Shown: one piece after another, positions 7,522 through 8,485 of the stretch
How positions within the stretch are numbered: position 1 is the first letter of the stretch
Layout: every line of letters begins with the position of its first letter
Assembly: GCA_000004985.1 (NCBI GenBank)
Contig: GG739071.1
Strand: one strand, 5' to 3'
From: Naegleria gruberi
Lineage: Eukaryota
DNA length: 8,485 nucleotides
The notes under the pieces: model-generated
What the model saw: the letters and a program-made list of their open reading frames with translations, nothing else
Database searches by the model: none
What the model was told of the DNA's origin: nothing
Position numbers and translations under genes: made by a program

Positions 7522-8262
7522 TTATTGTTGTTGTTGGAGAGAGATGAAGGAATATTGAGCAGATTCTGGCAGGGTATTCTCGTGAGGATTTAATAAGGGA
7601 TCACATCTCTCTGATTGAATTCTTCTCAATTGAGCATGATGATCAAAGGATTTATGAGGGAAGGAAGAGGTGTTGTTTTCAAAAGCTTGTTTCTTTGAGG
7701 TTTCATGGGAAGGGAGAATGACTGGGTAGGATTGATTAGTTTCGTGAGTTTTCTTGTATTGGGAAGGACGAGAATTGGATTGGTGAGAATGATGCAGGTT
7801 GGATTGTGGTCGATATTTGAGAAAGTTTGCTGAAATGCTAATCACATCATTTGTGCAAACACTTGAACTGACACAACTTTCATCTAGAGAACTGGTCAAT
7901 GAGGAATTGACTGAATTGCAACTCTGAATTTCATCTTCTTCCATTAAGGTGGAGCAATTACTCGAATTACAATAGACGTCTTCACTGCGAGAGCTGGAGG
8001 AGAGATGAGTTGGAATGGAATTAAAGCTATCAATCACTTGTTGTGAGTTTCTATTGGGAGAGCTGGTTAATTTGGAAACAAATTGTTGTTCATGATGAGG
8101 ATTTGATTGAGATGTTGTTGAGGATTGATACTTCTTATGATGTTGATGAGGATCTTGGTGAGTCATCGGTGTTGCTTTCTTTCTTGTTTGGTTTGTTGAT
8201 TTTTCTACGGCAATCATTGAGGTAGAGATAGGAAGAATGGATGATGATTGTTTGGCTCCCAT
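7522..8262 (-). CDS. Intronless ORF encoding a 246-aa low-complexity (Ser/Gln/His/Asn/Thr-rich), probably disordered protein with an N-terminal MGxxxS myristoylation consensus
   Basis: ATG at 8262-8260 (context agggATGg, G at -3 and +4); stop TAA at 7524-7522. Protein begins MGAKQSSSILPISTSM... It contains His/Gln clusters (HQDPHQHHKK, NLHHSHQSNS) and Ser runs (HLSSSSRSED, SSLTSSLDESCVSSSV), and ends ...YSFISLQQQQ (the QQQQ is encoded by a (TTG)4 microsatellite on plus 7525-7536). G2 plus S6 fits the N-myristoyltransferase substrate consensus. Confidence is limited because low-complexity DNA tends to stay open on both strands (the antisense 60-aa ORF 8043-8225 is an example). Confidence 0.5.
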   Translation of the reverse strand: MGAKQSSSILPISTSMIAVEKSTNQTRKKATPMTHQDPHQHHKKYQSSTTSQSNPHHEQQFVSKLTSSPNRNSQQVIDSFNSIPTHLSSSSRSEDVYCNSSNCSTLMEEDEIQSCNSVNSSLTSSLDESCVSSSVCTNDVISISANFLKYRPQSNLHHSHQSNSRPSQYKKTHETNQSYPVILPSHETSKKQAFENNTSSFPHKSFDHHAQLRRIQSERCDPLLNPHENTLPESAQYSFISLQQQQ

Positions 8263-8485
8263 CCCTTAACGCTCTTCACTCGTTATAAAAACTAGTAATA
8301 TTGCTTTAATAAATTAATTGAGGAAGGGTGATGAAGAGAATATGGATTGTTGGGATTGTTATTGGGGTGACTTTTTCACTATAACGTGAGGACTACCTTA
8401 ATATTTTCAACAACTTTCATAAACACTCTTCACGTAGTGCTGTTTTTTTTAATAATATATGATTTGGAAAATCTCGCTCATCAAT
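8263..8485. promoter_or_regulatory. Upstream/promoter region of the 8262 minus-strand gene; A/T-rich with a TATA-like tttattaaa at ~8308-8316 (minus strand) and short repeats
   Basis: It lies immediately 5' of the ATG at 8262 in the direction of transcription. No ORF over 17 codons occurs on either strand. ctcttcac occurs twice (8272-8279, 8426-8433), and cgttata (8281-8287) pairs with tataacg (8381-8387) as an inverted repeat. Confidence 0.3.

Noticed and set aside
8043-8225. 60-aa plus-strand ORF
   Set aside because: It is antisense to the low-complexity 7522-8262 ORF. Repetitive composition keeps both strands open.
8284-8291. ttataaaa as the TATA box of the 8262 gene
   Set aside because: It lies only 22-29 bp from the ATG. 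A TSS ~30 bp downstream of it would fall inside the coding sequence. A more distal tttattaaa (~8308-8316) is a better, still unproven, candidate.

Overview
The window is 8,485 nt, but positions 1612-6107 (4,496 nt, plus an isolated N at 6109) are hard-masked, so only 1-1611 and 6108-8485 can be read. The visible DNA is AT-rich and looks like a compact eukaryotic locus, not bacterial. The evidence is the absence of consistent Shine-Dalgarno sites, A/G at -3 of the ATGs, a Ser/Gln/His/Asn-rich low-complexity protein with an MGxxxS N-myristoylation consensus, and a pyrimidine-tract/CAG acceptor-like junction. I can support four protein-coding segments. The first is a minus-strand gene whose first 222 codons occupy 668->1 and continue off the window. 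The second is a plus-strand gene starting at 1396 whose 72 visible residues are unmistakably NHL (six-bladed beta-propeller) repeats and which runs into the mask. The third is a minus-strand gene starting at 7037 (309 visible residues, unknown N-terminal domain, S/T/K-rich linker, UBA-like helical segment) that also runs into the mask. The fourth is an intronless minus-strand ORF 8262->7522 encoding a disordered S/Q/H-rich protein. All ORFs longer than 1,000 aa in the supplied track are artefacts of translating N as X. I see no rRNA, tRNA, CRISPR, transposon termini or operon-like system in the readable parts. If something unusual is here, it most likely lies inside the masked 4.5 kb, where the two convergent genes end. 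The modest points worth a second look are an E2F-type site next to the first gene, an in-frame 98-codon stop-free stretch upstream of the NHL start, a Cys-rich terminal-exon-like frame, and the lipidation motifs. The taxon cannot be placed from sequence alone.
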